From Octopus vulgaris (taxonomy: Eukaryota), in contig OX597817.1 in NCBI GenBank assembly GCA_951406725.2, positions 84,010,001 to 84,074,000 of the forward strand: a stretch of 64,000 nucleotides of DNA, written 5' to 3'. Made by a program: the position numbers and the translations under genes. The notes beneath the pieces were generated by a model. The model worked only from the letters and a program-made list of their open reading frames with translations. It was not told the origin of the DNA and searched no databases. The first letter of the stretch is position 1; each line of letters begins with the position of its first letter. Positions 25,070 to 38,700 of this stretch are shown here, in pieces.

Positions 25070-25315
25070 CGCGCGCGCGCGTGTGTGTGTGTGTGCGAGC
25101 GTGTGTATGTATGTACGTATGTATATGTCTTTGCGTCTGTTTGTCCCCACCACCGCTTTACAACCGGTGTTTGTGTGATTATGCCCCCGTAACTTAGCAG
25201 TTCCACAAAAAAACACGATTGTATAAGTACCGGCGTTTGTTCAATTTGTTCGACTAAAACCTTTCAAGGTGGTGCTTCAGCATGGCCGCAGTCAAATGAC
25301 TTAAACAAGTAAAAG
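24400..25315 (+). mobile_element. CORE-type SINE interrupted by a MITE
   Basis: Head at 24400-24545, tail at ~25120-25315. Confidence 0.8.
24546..25010. mobile_element. MITE-like element with ~65-bp TIRs and an extra internal TIR copy
   Basis: AAAGTAATGGTTATCGCCACTTAAA at 24546; reverse complements ending at 24728 and 25010. Confidence 0.75.
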
Positions 25316-27906
25316 GTAACTTAAATTTAGTTCTTCAATTAATAATCACTAAAATTCTTTTCTGGAACCTTATGATTATAATTATAAAACGCGTGTTTAA
25401 AATAAAATGAGATACGCATGATGGCCAGAATGAGCTTATACTGTGCATCATGTATTTCTGAGCAAATCATAAAATATTGAATAGAAAACATTTTTCAGCA
25501 ATAATAAACAAAAACTTTTTATTATAAGTAAAAAAGAAATTGATTAAAAATGAAAAGATTTAGGGGAAATAATTAGTCTGAGAAGGGGTTAATCATAAAT
25601 TAGACATTAATTGATTAATTGCCTGCTTTCTCTCCAGCAGCTAAATTAAGCATAACAAGTAAATACTTTATTATGGTAAGTCATACTTATTAGGAATTGA
25701 TAAACGAAGATGTCGTTTATTAGCTAAGAGATTTCTCAGCTATTTTAAAGTTTAATACTTCTTTCAAGAACGTATCAAAAATGCCTTTTCGGTAACCTTT
25801 TTTCCGCCCCAGATCATTTTCCACCAATAAATGAATAGTTTGCGTAGGAATAGAAAGCTTTCTTTTTTATTTTCTCTAGTTTCTTTTATTATTTTGAATA
25901 CCGAGAAAAAAATTAATAGGATTCGCTTGAAGTAAGAAAACCAAAAAGAAGAAAGAACATTTCACCGCAGGACTGTTCAACTAATTATCAGCAAAGATCC
26001 TTATTAATTGTACTTTCACTCATTTGCATCATGATAATATTGGAGGTAATATTTTTTGTCAAGTCAAAGAATGAATTAATAAAAAAAATGGGATGGATCA
26101 ATGTTTTTCGTTTTTGTTTTAGGAAAAAAATCTCTCGGGAAATCTGAAAAATAATTATCTCAAATAAAGTAAAGAGGAGAATATCTTAATTGCTCTCTAA
26201 AGTTAATTTACCTTAAGACAAATTTTTAAATATTCATTTCTATTATTTTTTCAAGATCCGATGACCTATTTCAATTTTTCGTTTGTTAACACGAAAACAT
26301 TTTTCTTAATCCAATTCGATTAGTACGAATTGTTAAATCAAAATTTTAAATGATCTGAAAAGTGAATTTATTTATTTATTCATTTATTTATTTATGAAAA
26401 AACGTGCTTAATTACAAACATTGGTTTGCACATTCATTTTGATTTCTTGGCAGTCCCAGTTGTGCGACGCGATAGAGTGTCAGACAACAAGACAAACCGT
26501 TTTTGGTTCGCCTCGATCAAGTTGCTTTATTGACATTCCATTTGGTGTTCTAAAACACTGAAACAATGCTGGGTAAGAATTTCACCTTTGTGCGTGCAGT
26601 TTTGCATCAGCTAGCAGAAAGATTAATCGTGCACTGTCAACAGATATTGTTTGACTGCTCCTAATAGCTTTTGGCAGTGAACTATGTCAAATATCCATGA
26701 TATCGATACTGAGGATGCCGAAGTATATATGTATCGCTCATACTTTTCAGCAAATGAATAATTCATATATCAAACACTAGAGATAAAGAAAATTCGAATA
26801 CTAAATTCACACAAGATTATAAATGATTAGAAAACATTATAAATCGTCATAGCATATAATTTCTATTCGAGGCGATATTTTTGATATGTAAGGTTTACTT
26901 TCTTTTAGAAGTGGAAGACATAAATCAATCAAAAATATCATATTTACCGTGTTTTTATATTGAATTTTGAATTTTCACGCTGAATCCTCTTTTTCTGCTT
27001 GGTAAACGCTTTGAATCTTGGTAATTGTTGAAGCATTGCTATTGAGCAATACTTCACTGAGGTATCTTTCTTAAGCATACGATCTCTCCTTGTGACTTTG
27101 TAGCATTCACGTAAAGGAAGAATCATCATAAATGCTAAAAGAAGAAAAATTTCATTAAAAGAAAATCATTAAGAAATATTTTTTTATCGATTTTTGATTC
27201 ATTTTGTTTCTATTTCACTGAAAGTAGTATTGATTTTTGTACTAAATACAAGGTCAGGCTACATTGAAATATGGTAAAGTCGTTGGAAGCGAGCTGCGAG
27301 AACGATGAAGTTAACATCGATACTATTAATATTCAAAATATAGAAGCTCGAAGCTAAATAATATACTAAACACAAAATACTATTAATTACTTCTGTTTAA
27401 ACACAAGGACATGTTTATAGGTAAAGGGTATATTCATTATTTTATTGACTTTGTCACTGCGGAGAATATTAGAAAATATGGCATTCATACAAGAATTATA
27501 ATTTAACTTTTATAAAATTTCTTAGTAATTATATACAAATATTAATTTTTCAAACGAAAAATATTTATTACCTTAAAATATAATTAGATATAACAAATTT
27601 CTCATATGCATATTTGCAATAAACATACGTTGTTATTTTTTAAGATTTTATCAACATAGTCGTAACCTACTCAATTGAAAACTTATCTCTGCAAAATTCC
27701 ATTTAAAAAAAATTTGTATTTGCCAGAAAGTTGACACTCCCCCTGAACCTCCTGTGTTAATTCTCTCTATGTCTCTCTTTTGCAGTCTTTCTGTACCTCT
27801 CCCTATACGATGTAAAACATGACTAAAGAAACCAACCAACCAACCAACCAACCAACCAACCAGCTAACCAACGTTTACCTAAGCTATTATTAAATAGAAA
27901 GTCAAG

Positions 27907-28120
27907 GAGGCGAGCTGGCAGAATCGTTTGCATGCCGGACAAAATGCTTAGAGGAAATTCGTCCGTCTTTACGTTCTGAGTTCAAATTCCACCAAGGTCG
28001 ACGTTGCATGTCATCCTTTTGGAATAGATAAAATAAGTACCCTTTAAACACTAATGTCGATGTAATCGATTTAACCCCGCACCCGAATTTGCTGGTCTTG
28101 TGCCAAAATTTGAAACCATT
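27907..28120 (+). mobile_element. Meta-type SINE
   Basis: GGCGAGCTGGCAGAATCG head, GAGTTCAAATTCC B-box, Meta-like domain. Confidence 0.8.
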
Positions 28121-28799
28121 ATTTAAATAGAAAGTCTGAAGCAAATGAAAAGCGAAGTTGAATACAAGATATAGATACTATAATTGATCAACTACCCAAG
28201 TTCAAATAACAAAGCATTTATTAACCGAAGACTGTAGTAAAAAAATACCTGCCCAGGAGAGATGCAATCTGATGTAATCTGGAATCATATATTTGTAGCA
28301 TACCCATGTAAATCACACAACCAAACTTGCAATATTCATGTTATTTGCACGTTATTGTGAGCGTATGATATACTGTCTGCATAGTTCACTTTATTGATGA
28401 GAGTTTGTTTGAAAAATCGTTGTTAAACTATAAATAAAACTGGATTGAAAGCTTCAAAAGGAAAAGATCTCTTTGCGTTTAAGAAATATAAATCTGATCT
28501 TTTGATGATGTCTTAGAAATATTTCTGTTTAAATAGATTGTTGTAAACATTTAATAGGATTGGTTTCTTTTTGACTAGCATAACCAAACTGTATTGAATA
28601 GCAAATTATAATATGGTTTCTGATATAGAAGCAAACCCAAATATTTAGACTGAAGGAATACAATCGGTGGAAATTTAATCAGGTACTTATGTTATCAATT
28701 GGTGCTCACGTTATCAATTCATAGAAATGAAAGCAATTTGACAAAACTAAACAATGAACATGATTCAACAGTCTGCTATCTGTTTTGTTATATTTACAT

Positions 28800-30350
28800 C
28801 AATTTTTTTTAAATTTGTAGGTTTGTAGAAAGGAGCAGTATCTTCGGCTTTCTCGGGTATTTCAATATCTGTCAGACTTAATACTGTTAACATTCCGCTT
28901 AAATTGTTGCACGGTTATGATTGCAGGAACGATATTAGCAGCAAGGAATTCCAGAAGGTCAACGTTCTGAGGGAGGTAGGAGGGAGAGTAAGTGTTTACC
29001 AGGGTTTGGGAGTTCAGCAAACATGGATGATGAAAGAAGAGAATGACTTGAAGGTGCCTGAGTGGAAGTTGTACGAGACAAACTGTCTCCGAGGAATGAA
29101 GAGCAGAATTTTTTGTATTAGTTTTGGGATGGAGTCGTCGAACGCGACCGCAAAAGTTTCATTGATGTAGGTAAGATAGATTGTGGATGAGATCAGGACT
29201 GAATCCTGGGATACGCCAGAGTTGATAAGTATGGGTGTGAGACAGACAGAGCTTCAGAAGGACGTATCACGTTGTTGCGATCCAATCGAAAGCTGCCATT
29301 CCAAGAAAGATGGGAGACGGACTAAGTTTTAAATTTTAACAGGAGATTCGCATGCAGGTCCTTGTCAGAAGTGTGTCTGCTGTCGAGGGAAACATTATTG
29401 ATTTTCTACGTTTCTAAAAGGTAACAGCCCACAAAATAGTAGGTCTCTAGTAGATCTAACATTATGAAAGACATACTGGTGATCATTGAGGACAGAAACT
29501 CAAGATGTTATAGAAGGTCATTGTTAATGGTTATTTTCATTATCTTTCAGATATTCGAAATAAACACCGTCCAGGATTGAAAGGTTAAGGAAAAGGCGTT
29601 GTATGCCTTGAAATTTTACATAAAATGTTGGAGTGCAACAATGAGTCACTTAAGAAACTTGGATCATTGAGTTCTTCAGTTTGTGATGTAGAAGGACATA
29701 ACTGAAAGGAGGATTTCATTCACACGCCTCAATGGTTTAATTACTTTCAATGGATCGACAATAAAGCACTAGTGAGCTAGTGATGCGCGTTAGGGATGAA
29801 ATTAGGTCAAGTAAGAGAGAAACAAGGATACAAAAGATTCTTTTTTCTGGACCAGAACCATCAATATGGAATGAGTTTGAGAACCAAAAGGAGTTACGAC
29901 TTCGAAGAGGATTTAATTAAGATATATCTCCTTGATGCAGGACAGGATACGGTCGAAGTGTTTTTGGTGGTTGAAGAGATAGACTGAACATATGTATTTG
30001 GAGAAATGAGAGAGGGAGAGTTTTTAACTTGTGTAACTGAGAGTCCTTGTTGTTGATATCTAGATGAGTGGCTATTGACAGAAAGATTGGACTATACTCA
30101 CTATGTCACCACTTGTCGAATTGAGGCGTAAAGAGTGTGACCAGCCCCGTAGAAAGGAATTATAAATAGGACATGACTCTTAATAGAGGAATAAGAAATG
30201 GGTGTTGCCGATCAAAGGAAACGTGACGGAGAATAATAACATAAGATCTTAAAAGTAGAGGGTTAACAATGGAACAAGCTGTCAAGGACACTTTCAGCGT
30301 TAGAAGGTGGAATGATCTTGCTGTCGCCTGAAGGCACGATCAGAACCGAA
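28800..30350 (-). mobile_element. Heavily decayed LINE (Jockey/CR1-like) EN-RT
   Basis: Minus strand near 29130-29230 reads INSGVSQDSVL...YLTYINE...AFDDS (GVPQGSVL/YADD region). Confidence 0.6.
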
Positions 30351-32635
30351 TGAATAATGAAATGAATGTTGCGTGTAACAGATTATGTGTCATCTAGGCT
30401 GGAACGAATTGAAGCTTCTGCAACAAAGATTCTGGTACTATGACTCCATAAAACTTTTTTGATTTCTCAGGCGTTGTTTAAAATTAGCGTAGAAGTTGAG
30501 GACTTCATGTTAGTGGTACAAAATGGGAAAACTAAGTAATGTGTTACGTGAACTTTTAAAAAAGAGAAGGCTAAACAATAGAAAACATCAAACAAAAATG
30601 TCTCTGACAAAGAACATAAACCAATCAGCATCATAAGTATTGCTAATTCCATTAAAGTCAGTCTGAAAATGTGTGCAAGACCGTTTACTATTGATATCGC
30701 TATGAAAGGGCTTCTGCTCCTCGGAACTGACTGGTATCGTACTTCTTCTATTCAGACAACTGTGAAACACTTGTCTCTCTACATTTCATCAGATTTGGTG
30801 CTTACAACTTCCCTCTTCAGCCCTGTACTAAATATTATCTCCAATTATTTCTTCCTAGGACATCGTCTTCCTGGAATTTCTTCCCTGCGTAAGTCTTTCC
30901 TGCAGGTGTTGACATGAAAAGGTATAAGCGGAATATTACAAGCATTACGTTACCAGTTTAGGACGTCATGCGTCCTTCCCTTCCTACGCACTAAGTATAT
31001 AAAAACAAATCGCACTTGAACCTGTCATCCCATTACTTCCGTTCCAGTGACAGGCAGATGGACTGGAAGGGGTAATGGAAAATGGAGACACATTGAGACA
31101 TACAACCAAACAACATATTCAGCTACAACACATTTTTTCCTTCTCGTTTTTTTCTTCTTACGTTTGATCAACAAAAAGGTGCTGAGCAATTGTCTTCACA
31201 GCTCCGACGAAGTTAATATTACCTCTTAATAGTTACAGCCCACAAATGCAAGAGAATCATAGACAGAGAGAAGATTCCTATGGACCAACGCTTCTGAGCG
31301 ATTGGACTGGATACAGTAGCCGGTGCCAAGCCTGGAGTGGATCTAAAATACTAATAACGTGAGGTTCAGAAGTATATGAACTGGAAGTTTATTAGTTTAT
31401 ATAAAACAAGACCAGCAAGCCCTGGAGAACAGAGGGTACTACAACAGCTACTGAAATGATAAATATAGTGGAGATGGAATAAAGGTGGAAATGGAGGTGG
31501 AATAGTGGTGTTCGGGAGTGTGTTGACAAGCGATTTTGTGCCGATCAATTTCGTACCTTTTCTTTACACCAATAAATTTTTTTAGTGGAATTTGTTGTAG
31601 AATAAGAATTTGCTTCGTATAATGAAAAAAGATTGGAAGAAAGTAAATTATCATTATAGACTCCCTCTAAGAAGAATTTATACTACTAGCGTGAAAGAAC
31701 TGATATTTCGTTGTTCCCTTCATCAATTTGCAGTGTCAATCCATTACAAAATAGTTTATTTGAAATAGTAAGGATATGATCTATTTCCAGTGACATATAT
31801 TCTGGTTTCTTCTCTCTTATTTATTCTACACTCGACTGAAAACGAGACTGGAGAACGATAAGAGGATTGTCGAAAGATTGACGATAGAAAAAGATAAAGA
31901 TAAAGAAAGTGAGTGAGAGAGAGAAAGTTACAGAGAGGGATATAGAGAGACAGAAAGAGGTGGGGGAAGAGAGACAGGGCGGGATTAACAATTATCACAT
32001 TAGTATATGAGCAAAACAGAAGGTAGATAACTTTCAGTGAAAGCTGATTGAGAAAGAACAGAATAAACAAAGAAAATATAATTATAAGTTAAATATAGGA
32101 AAAAACAGATTTATTTTTGTAAAAAAATCATTTATATATATTACTTGAAACACGCTTTCAGTTCAAAGATCGAAATAGTAAACGAATTAAAGAGAGCTAA
32201 GAGCAGTGCCTACTCTTAGACAGGTGGCCAAGTGATGAATTAAATTTATAATTCATTAAACTGCTTCTGGCTGGAGTCAACTTTATCTGTTCTACATAAT
32301 CAAGCCTTATGAACATATTTTTTTCCTTTCTGTCTCTTTTTTTTTTGTTTGTATCAAAGGAGTAATTTTTCTGTTTATCGTAAACGTTAATAAATAAATT
32401 GGATTATGCCTTGCATTGGAAACACTGAGTAGATACAGTAATATTAATATTGCCTAAGCGCGATATGTCAAAAATATATATTCATAATATAATATGCGTA
32501 GTTTATAAAGAACTGATATTTCGTTGTTCTTCATCAAATGTTCAACAAGGCAAATTTTCGATTGTGTTCAATACATTTTAAAACATACTCACACATAAAC
32601 ACACATATACATACATACATACATACATACATACA

Positions 32636-32666
<31 letters not shown>

Positions 32667-32748
32667 GTATATATATATATGTGTGTGTATGTGGGTGGGT
32701 GCGTGCGTGTGTATATATATAATATATGTACATATAAATACATACGTG

Positions 32749-32786
<38 letters not shown>

Positions 32787-32787
<1 letters not shown>

Positions 32788-32892
32788 GAGGGGCGTAGGA
32801 AATATTTTGAGCCTTGAAGTCTTGTACCTTCATCAGAGGTCTTGTAACATGTTTTGTGTTTTTGAGGCTCAATACTTTTCATACACCCCTCG
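32787..32892. mobile_element. 106-bp mariner-derived MITE
   Basis: TA-CGAGGGGCGTAGGAAATATTTTGAGCC...GGCTCAATACTTTTCATACACCCCTCG-TA. Confidence 0.8.
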
Positions 32893-32973
32893 TATATACG
32901 TGTAAATATATATGTATATATGTATGTATGTATATATGTCATGTAAATATATATAAATATATATATATATGTG

Positions 32974-33009
<36 letters not shown>

Positions 33010-33021
33010 TGTATGTATGTA

Positions 33022-33990
33022 CGTATCTGGCCGAACTTGTCCTCTCACTCAACTGCTTCTCCTTCGCTGGCGAGTTTTATCAGCAAGTCTCGGGAGTGGC
33101 CATGGGTACGAGAATAGGCCCCAAATATGCGAACCTGTTCGTTGGCTGTGTTGAGGCCCAAATATTCTCAAGTTTCACTGGTCCTACTCCTGAACTATGC
33201 GGCCGTTATATTGATGAATGTATTGATGTGACCTCCCTCTCCTGCAAACATCTAGACTCCTTTTGTCAAATCTTTCCATCCTGCCCTTCACTTCTCCTGC
33301 ACTCTCTCTGACACTTCTGTCTCATTTCTTGACATTTCGGTCAGCATTCATCACTCCACTCTTACCACCTCCATCCACTACAAATACACAGACTCACACT
33401 CATACCTAAACTTCTCCTCCTCACACTCTAAACACACCAAGCTCTCCATCCCCTATTCCCAATTCCTCCGTCTACGTACGCTCTGCAGTGACGACCATGA
33501 CTTTGAGACTCAGTTTCAACTCATGGCTCGCCACTTCATCCTACGTGGATATCCCCTCACTACTATCCAGACCTCCCTTGCCAGAGCACGTTCCGTGGAC
33601 CGTACATCTGCTCTCTACCCCCACACCCTCTCCGCCGTCTCCCGTCAACCATTTCTCCTCACCTGCCACCCCACCACCCTACCTCTAACCGTCCCATCCC
33701 TTGCACCCACTCCCACATACCCCACTTCTACCCCATTCTCGTCCTCCCATACCCCACTTCTACCCCACTCTCTTTCATCGCTACCTGGTGGTTACCGCCC
33801 GTTGACGAGGGACAACAATCCCGAAACTAGTTCGAGCGTATCACTCAGGCTTGCGAGGAAGGGATGGCCTCCCTTTGCAAATACTCCAAGGACACAGATA
33901 TTGTGTCTAAAGCCAGCTTGAGACGAAGATCTCTTGGGGCTATAAAGCTACAGTAACACCCCCTCCCCGATGTGGTTAGCCATGATAAGA
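33022..33990 (+). mobile_element. Neptune-like PLE fragment (RT core to C-terminus, deleted EN, 3' terminal region)
   Basis: YQQVSGVAMGTRIGPKYANLFVG..GRYIDE; high similarity to 780-1050 and 1945-2030. Confidence 0.9.
33797..33837 (+). ncRNA. Hammerhead motif at PLE 3' end (C3U variant)
   Basis: GCCCG-TTGACGA-GGGA-CAACAA-TCCC-GAAA-CTAG-TT-CGAGC. Confidence 0.75.
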
Positions 33991-34054
33991 TGGCTTCTAT
34001 ACTTTACATTATCGAGCGATTACTGTTTCAATCTCATTCTGAGATTTAATTATG

Positions 34055-34113
<59 letters not shown>

Positions 34114-34168
34114 TAATTCTTTTGTGATCAATTTGCATTATTTTGCATAATGGTTATTAACCACGCAT

Positions 34169-34225
34169 CAGTTTCACAAAACACATCTTAATTCGTCTAA
34201 TCAAGATGTTTATTCATCAAAAGTG
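34169..34225 (-). ncRNA. Degenerate hammerhead-like motif in a (TA)n island
   Basis: TTGATGA-long stem II (ACATCTTGATT/AATTAAGATGT)-GAAAC; stems I and III are poor. Confidence 0.4.
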
Positions 34226-34337
34226 TTCTATAAGATTATGACCAACACCTATATGAAATATTCAAGCTGAATGCGCCATGTATAGAAAACATGCGGCATA
34301 TTTGTGGTATTTAAGTGTATATATGTGTATTCTTTCA

Positions 34338-34384
<47 letters not shown>

Positions 34385-34518
34385 AGTTAATTTTTCATTA
34401 TTGAATTGATACCATTTAGAAAAATTACATATATAGAAAGATTAATTATAAGATAAAACATATAACAATGATTAAGTAATGTGCAAAATTGTAAATAAAA
34501 CGTATATATTTGATAAAA

Positions 34519-34613
34519 TAACGACACGTGATTCGTGGCTATATTTAAGAAATGATAATAGTAATAATAATTGTAAAATCAGTTTAATATAAATATAGCC
34601 ACTCTTCAGGTTA
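34519..34613 (-). ncRNA. Hammerhead motif with 13-bp stem II (A15.1U mutation)
   Basis: TAAC-CTGAAGA-GTGGCTATATTTA..TAAATATAGCCAC-GAAT-CACGTG-TC-GTTA. Confidence 0.75.
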
Positions 34614-34764
34614 AAGATAAAAACAATAAAATATTTAATTAGATAAATTGATAAATATACGTAAATGATCTTGTAAAATACGAAATATCTTAAATATATT
34701 CTTGCTTAAACTAAAAAATAGAATTAAAAAATAAGATACAATTAATTAAAATATTTAAAACAAA

Positions 34765-34833
<69 letters not shown>

Positions 34834-36769
34834 AATACAAAATATACATTAAGTGAAAACTAAATACTATAATTTAATCTATATACATTAAATTTAATTA
34901 TTGATTAATTTATTTATTTAACAAACATCTAAACAAAATCTTATACTCATTAAGTAATTTATATTAAAGTTCTTAATGTTAAGTAATATGCATAATGTTA
35001 GTACAAGCTATAAATATTAGAATTAATAATAGGAAATGGTTTAACTATATACACACCAATTAGATAAACTAACTATATTATTAATATATATGTAGTATAT
35101 ATAGATTTAATATTTTACTCAATTATATAGTTGGCCGAAACTAATTTACTTAAATGTAATACTACGTAATAAAAAATACCACCTAACTATTAACTAATAT
35201 ATTGTCTTACAAAACTAATTCTGAAATTAAATTATATATAATTCGTTAAATCATATTATAAAGTTAATAATAATCATAAGACATAATAAATAAATAGATA
35301 TACATATCGTAACTAATAATTATCAAGAAATTATGTATAAATTAATATTTAAACAACAATAATAATCATAATTATAATAATAATCAAACTTAATACAATT
35401 CAAAATTTAAATAATATTGTTAAATAAAAAACGTTACTTAGCTTGTCGATGAAAATAATATAACTGAATTTTAAACGAAAAAATGTAGGTCTTAGCGTTT
35501 ATAAGAAATTAAACTCGTGAAGACGTTGTGTAAAAAAATGGAATAAAATTATCAATGAAAATGACGAAAAACATTTATTAATGAAAATGACGAAAAATAT
35601 TTAAGCTCCATGAATAAAAGAAAAATAGAATAACAAAAGAACTCTAAATGACTATTTACAATAAATTAATTTCCAAATAATTATTACGTAAAGTATACAT
35701 ATAATATTAAATTAATTTATATTATAATAACTAATAGGTCTTAATAAAATTATATATAATCATTTATGTATTAGGAAATATCTAGGTTTAAATTTATTCA
35801 AATATATTAATATGACATATAATAATATAGTAAATTATACACTAATACTACTAAATTATATTTACAATAAATAAATAACATAAAAAGAAATAACGTTTTA
35901 TACGTACGGAAAAATATGCTAAACGTATCATATAGGTAAATAAATTTATTCTGTTGTTTCTGGGGAGAGTCATTTTCTTTTTGTGCCTTATAATTTAACA
36001 CACTCACCGGTAAAATTTCCACTTATTTCTTATTTTTATTTTCCTAAAATTTTTGTTGCGTCTTGCAACCTTTTCATTATTCTTGACTCTGTCCGTTATT
36101 TACACTGCGTTCCCCTTTGTTTGTTTGTGCGCATGTGTGTGGGTCAGTGTGTGTGTGTGTGTGCATGTACGTATGTATATATGTGTGTTTGCATGTGTAT
36201 GTATGTATATATGTGTGTGTATGCATATGTATATGTGTATGTATGTGTGTGCATCTCTATGTATGTATACTGCGTATTATGTGCTTGCATGTCTGTGTTT
36301 GTGTATTTTCTACGTATGTGTGTGTGAGCATGTCTCCTTGTGTGTGCATGTCTGTGTGTGTGTGTGTGTGTGTGTTATGCAACTATGTACCATGTTTGTA
36401 TGTATGGATGTGCAACTTTATATGTGTGGATTCGTGTCTCAATATGTGTCTGTGTCGAGTAAAGTGTGTATATATATATGGTCATGTGTTTCAGTCTCCA
36501 TTTGCGTATGTGTGCTTGTCTGTTCTTGTAACCTATGTACCTATCCGTCTGTATGTTGATATATTTATTTTCATATCCATACGCTTACATACAAAAAAGT
36601 GTATACACACAAACGCATACATGCATTTATCTACTTAACAGTCCACTAACTATTCTACTCTACCTGTGTAAACTGTGGGTATGAAGGTATGGTATCTACT
36701 ATGTATATTTCCTATTTAGTATTGGGGAGGTTTCATTTATAAGGACGTACTCTCGTATTTGTCTGAGTG

Positions 36770-37020
36770 TTGGGTCTTTTGGGTGCTTGGATAAGATGCG
36801 GATGTCAAGTTGACCCAAGTTACCTCCATGGTGGTCTTTGGCATGTTTTTGAGCAAAATACTTCATTTAATGTTGCTCCATTTCCCCTTTCGATTGGAGA
36901 AAATGTTTGCCTGCTCGCCTACCCAGCGGGGTGGTATCATTCGAAAGTTAAACCGATGCAAACGCGCATTGTGACCAGCGATGTGTAACAGTATCTGATT
37001 GTCTGTGCGGTCACGTGATG
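36770..37020 (+). mobile_element. Probable diverged SINE
   Basis: CORE-like TTGAGCAAAATACTTCATTT in a GC-elevated block ending at (TA)n. Confidence 0.4.
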
Positions 37021-37249
37021 TATATATATATATATATATATACAATAATACTATATTTGTTGCACGTCCTCGCGTTGTTGTGTTTTTTTGTGCTTTCTTG
37101 TTTGGATTATATATATATGTATGTATATATATATATGTTTAATTTGTAAGGAAAGTTTCACAGAAATAGTTACCAGGGTAGCCAAATGTCACATAAGCGC
37201 CTAAGAAATTAGTAACGACACTTGCATGAGTGATAATTCTGAAGAGAAG

Positions 37250-38700
37250 TGAGACGTTTCTGGAGAACATCAGAGAAATGGAAAATGGAGACAAACGCAC
37301 AAGATGTTATTTAAATCATTTGTATCATAAGATAAGGTGAGAGTGAGAGAGAAAGAGAAAGTAGCCAACTACTTGGCATTCTATACTTAAAATCTGGTAT
37401 ATTCTACCACTAACGTAAACCTAACGAATCTTTATGATATATTAACGTAAAATCCATTCACCCTCTATCTATTTTAAATAGTATCATAAAAATACTTCCA
37501 TTAGGATTTCAAATCTCTCTGCTAATGAGGACATTTCCCTTACTAAGTCCTCCTTACTTCTCGGAGAAAACCACCGACATTCCCCAAACTAGGCTTTGAC
37601 CCCTCATAGCAACATTACTACACCTGTAAACATCTATACTACTAGCTTAATAACAACAACAGTCACAGAAAGAAAATGAAAATACATATATAATGAAGAT
37701 AAAGTATACTAATAACATTAACAACACCAATACTTATTGGTAATTTTACTTATATTGACCGTAGCGAGTATGAGAGTAATAAGAGAAAGTGCACACTTAG
37801 TGAGAAAATTGTGAATGACAAATTTAATATAGATACTCATAACACTAATATTAATGATTATATTAAAAATAATCATAATTAAGCATCAATCAGCCATCAC
37901 ACTAACGTTATCTATCGAGGCCAAAGTTACAAAACACGGTCAATTGATCCCGACTAATATTACTTTTCTAATTCTCACCCAGAGTAATACGGATAATCTG
38001 GTAAGCAGCGTTAATAATTATGCTAAGAATTATAGTAATAGTTGTAGCGGCTTGTGCCACAACTGCTTTGATCATAGTAATTAACACAGCGATAACATTG
38101 ATAGCTACTCTAGCAGCTTCAGTACCAACTAATAATGATAACGGTGGCACTGATAGTATTTATCATAGGAATAATAATAGTATTATCTATATCGATTTAG
38201 ACGTGACAATGAGTGGACCGCGCATAGATCGAGATAAGAAGTGTAACTTTAGAATACATATTAATTTCTCTCTAGTGGCCATTGTATACGCTGAAATATA
38301 ATGTATAAATGCATAATTACCACAACACACGCCCACTCCCCATTAAATCTACGACTGTCTCTAAGCACCGATTTCTTTGCACATCTTAGTTCTTTGGCGA
38401 ATAATAACTCATAAAACGATCTACGTACCTAGTAACACACATCTACTACCTCAGAGTTTAGGATATGCCCCACGACATTTCCTGGTACATAATCAATTCT
38501 GGAATATTGTTTATTGGAAGGTGATGACCACCTGATTCATGCTGTTGTAAATCCCTCGTGATATTAATGAGATTGTACGCCTTCACCTTAATAGTTTCTC
38601 AGCTATAATTATTCCCCGCTGGTATCTATATTACAAAGCTTTTCCACATTGTGCCCTAACCGAATTAAGTCTTTGAATTCTCCTCTTTACGCCTTCACCT
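37250..38700 (+). mobile_element. Decayed Hydra-like PLE (RT thumb to GIY-YIG)
   Basis: RKPNESL*YINVKSIHP...IRISNLSANEDI (37410-37535); KCNFR..NIMYKC (38235-38315). Confidence 0.6.

Noticed and set aside
32829-32836. CTGATGA on the minus strand inside the MITE
   Set aside because: No downstream GAAA, stem III or UH in the correct geometry.
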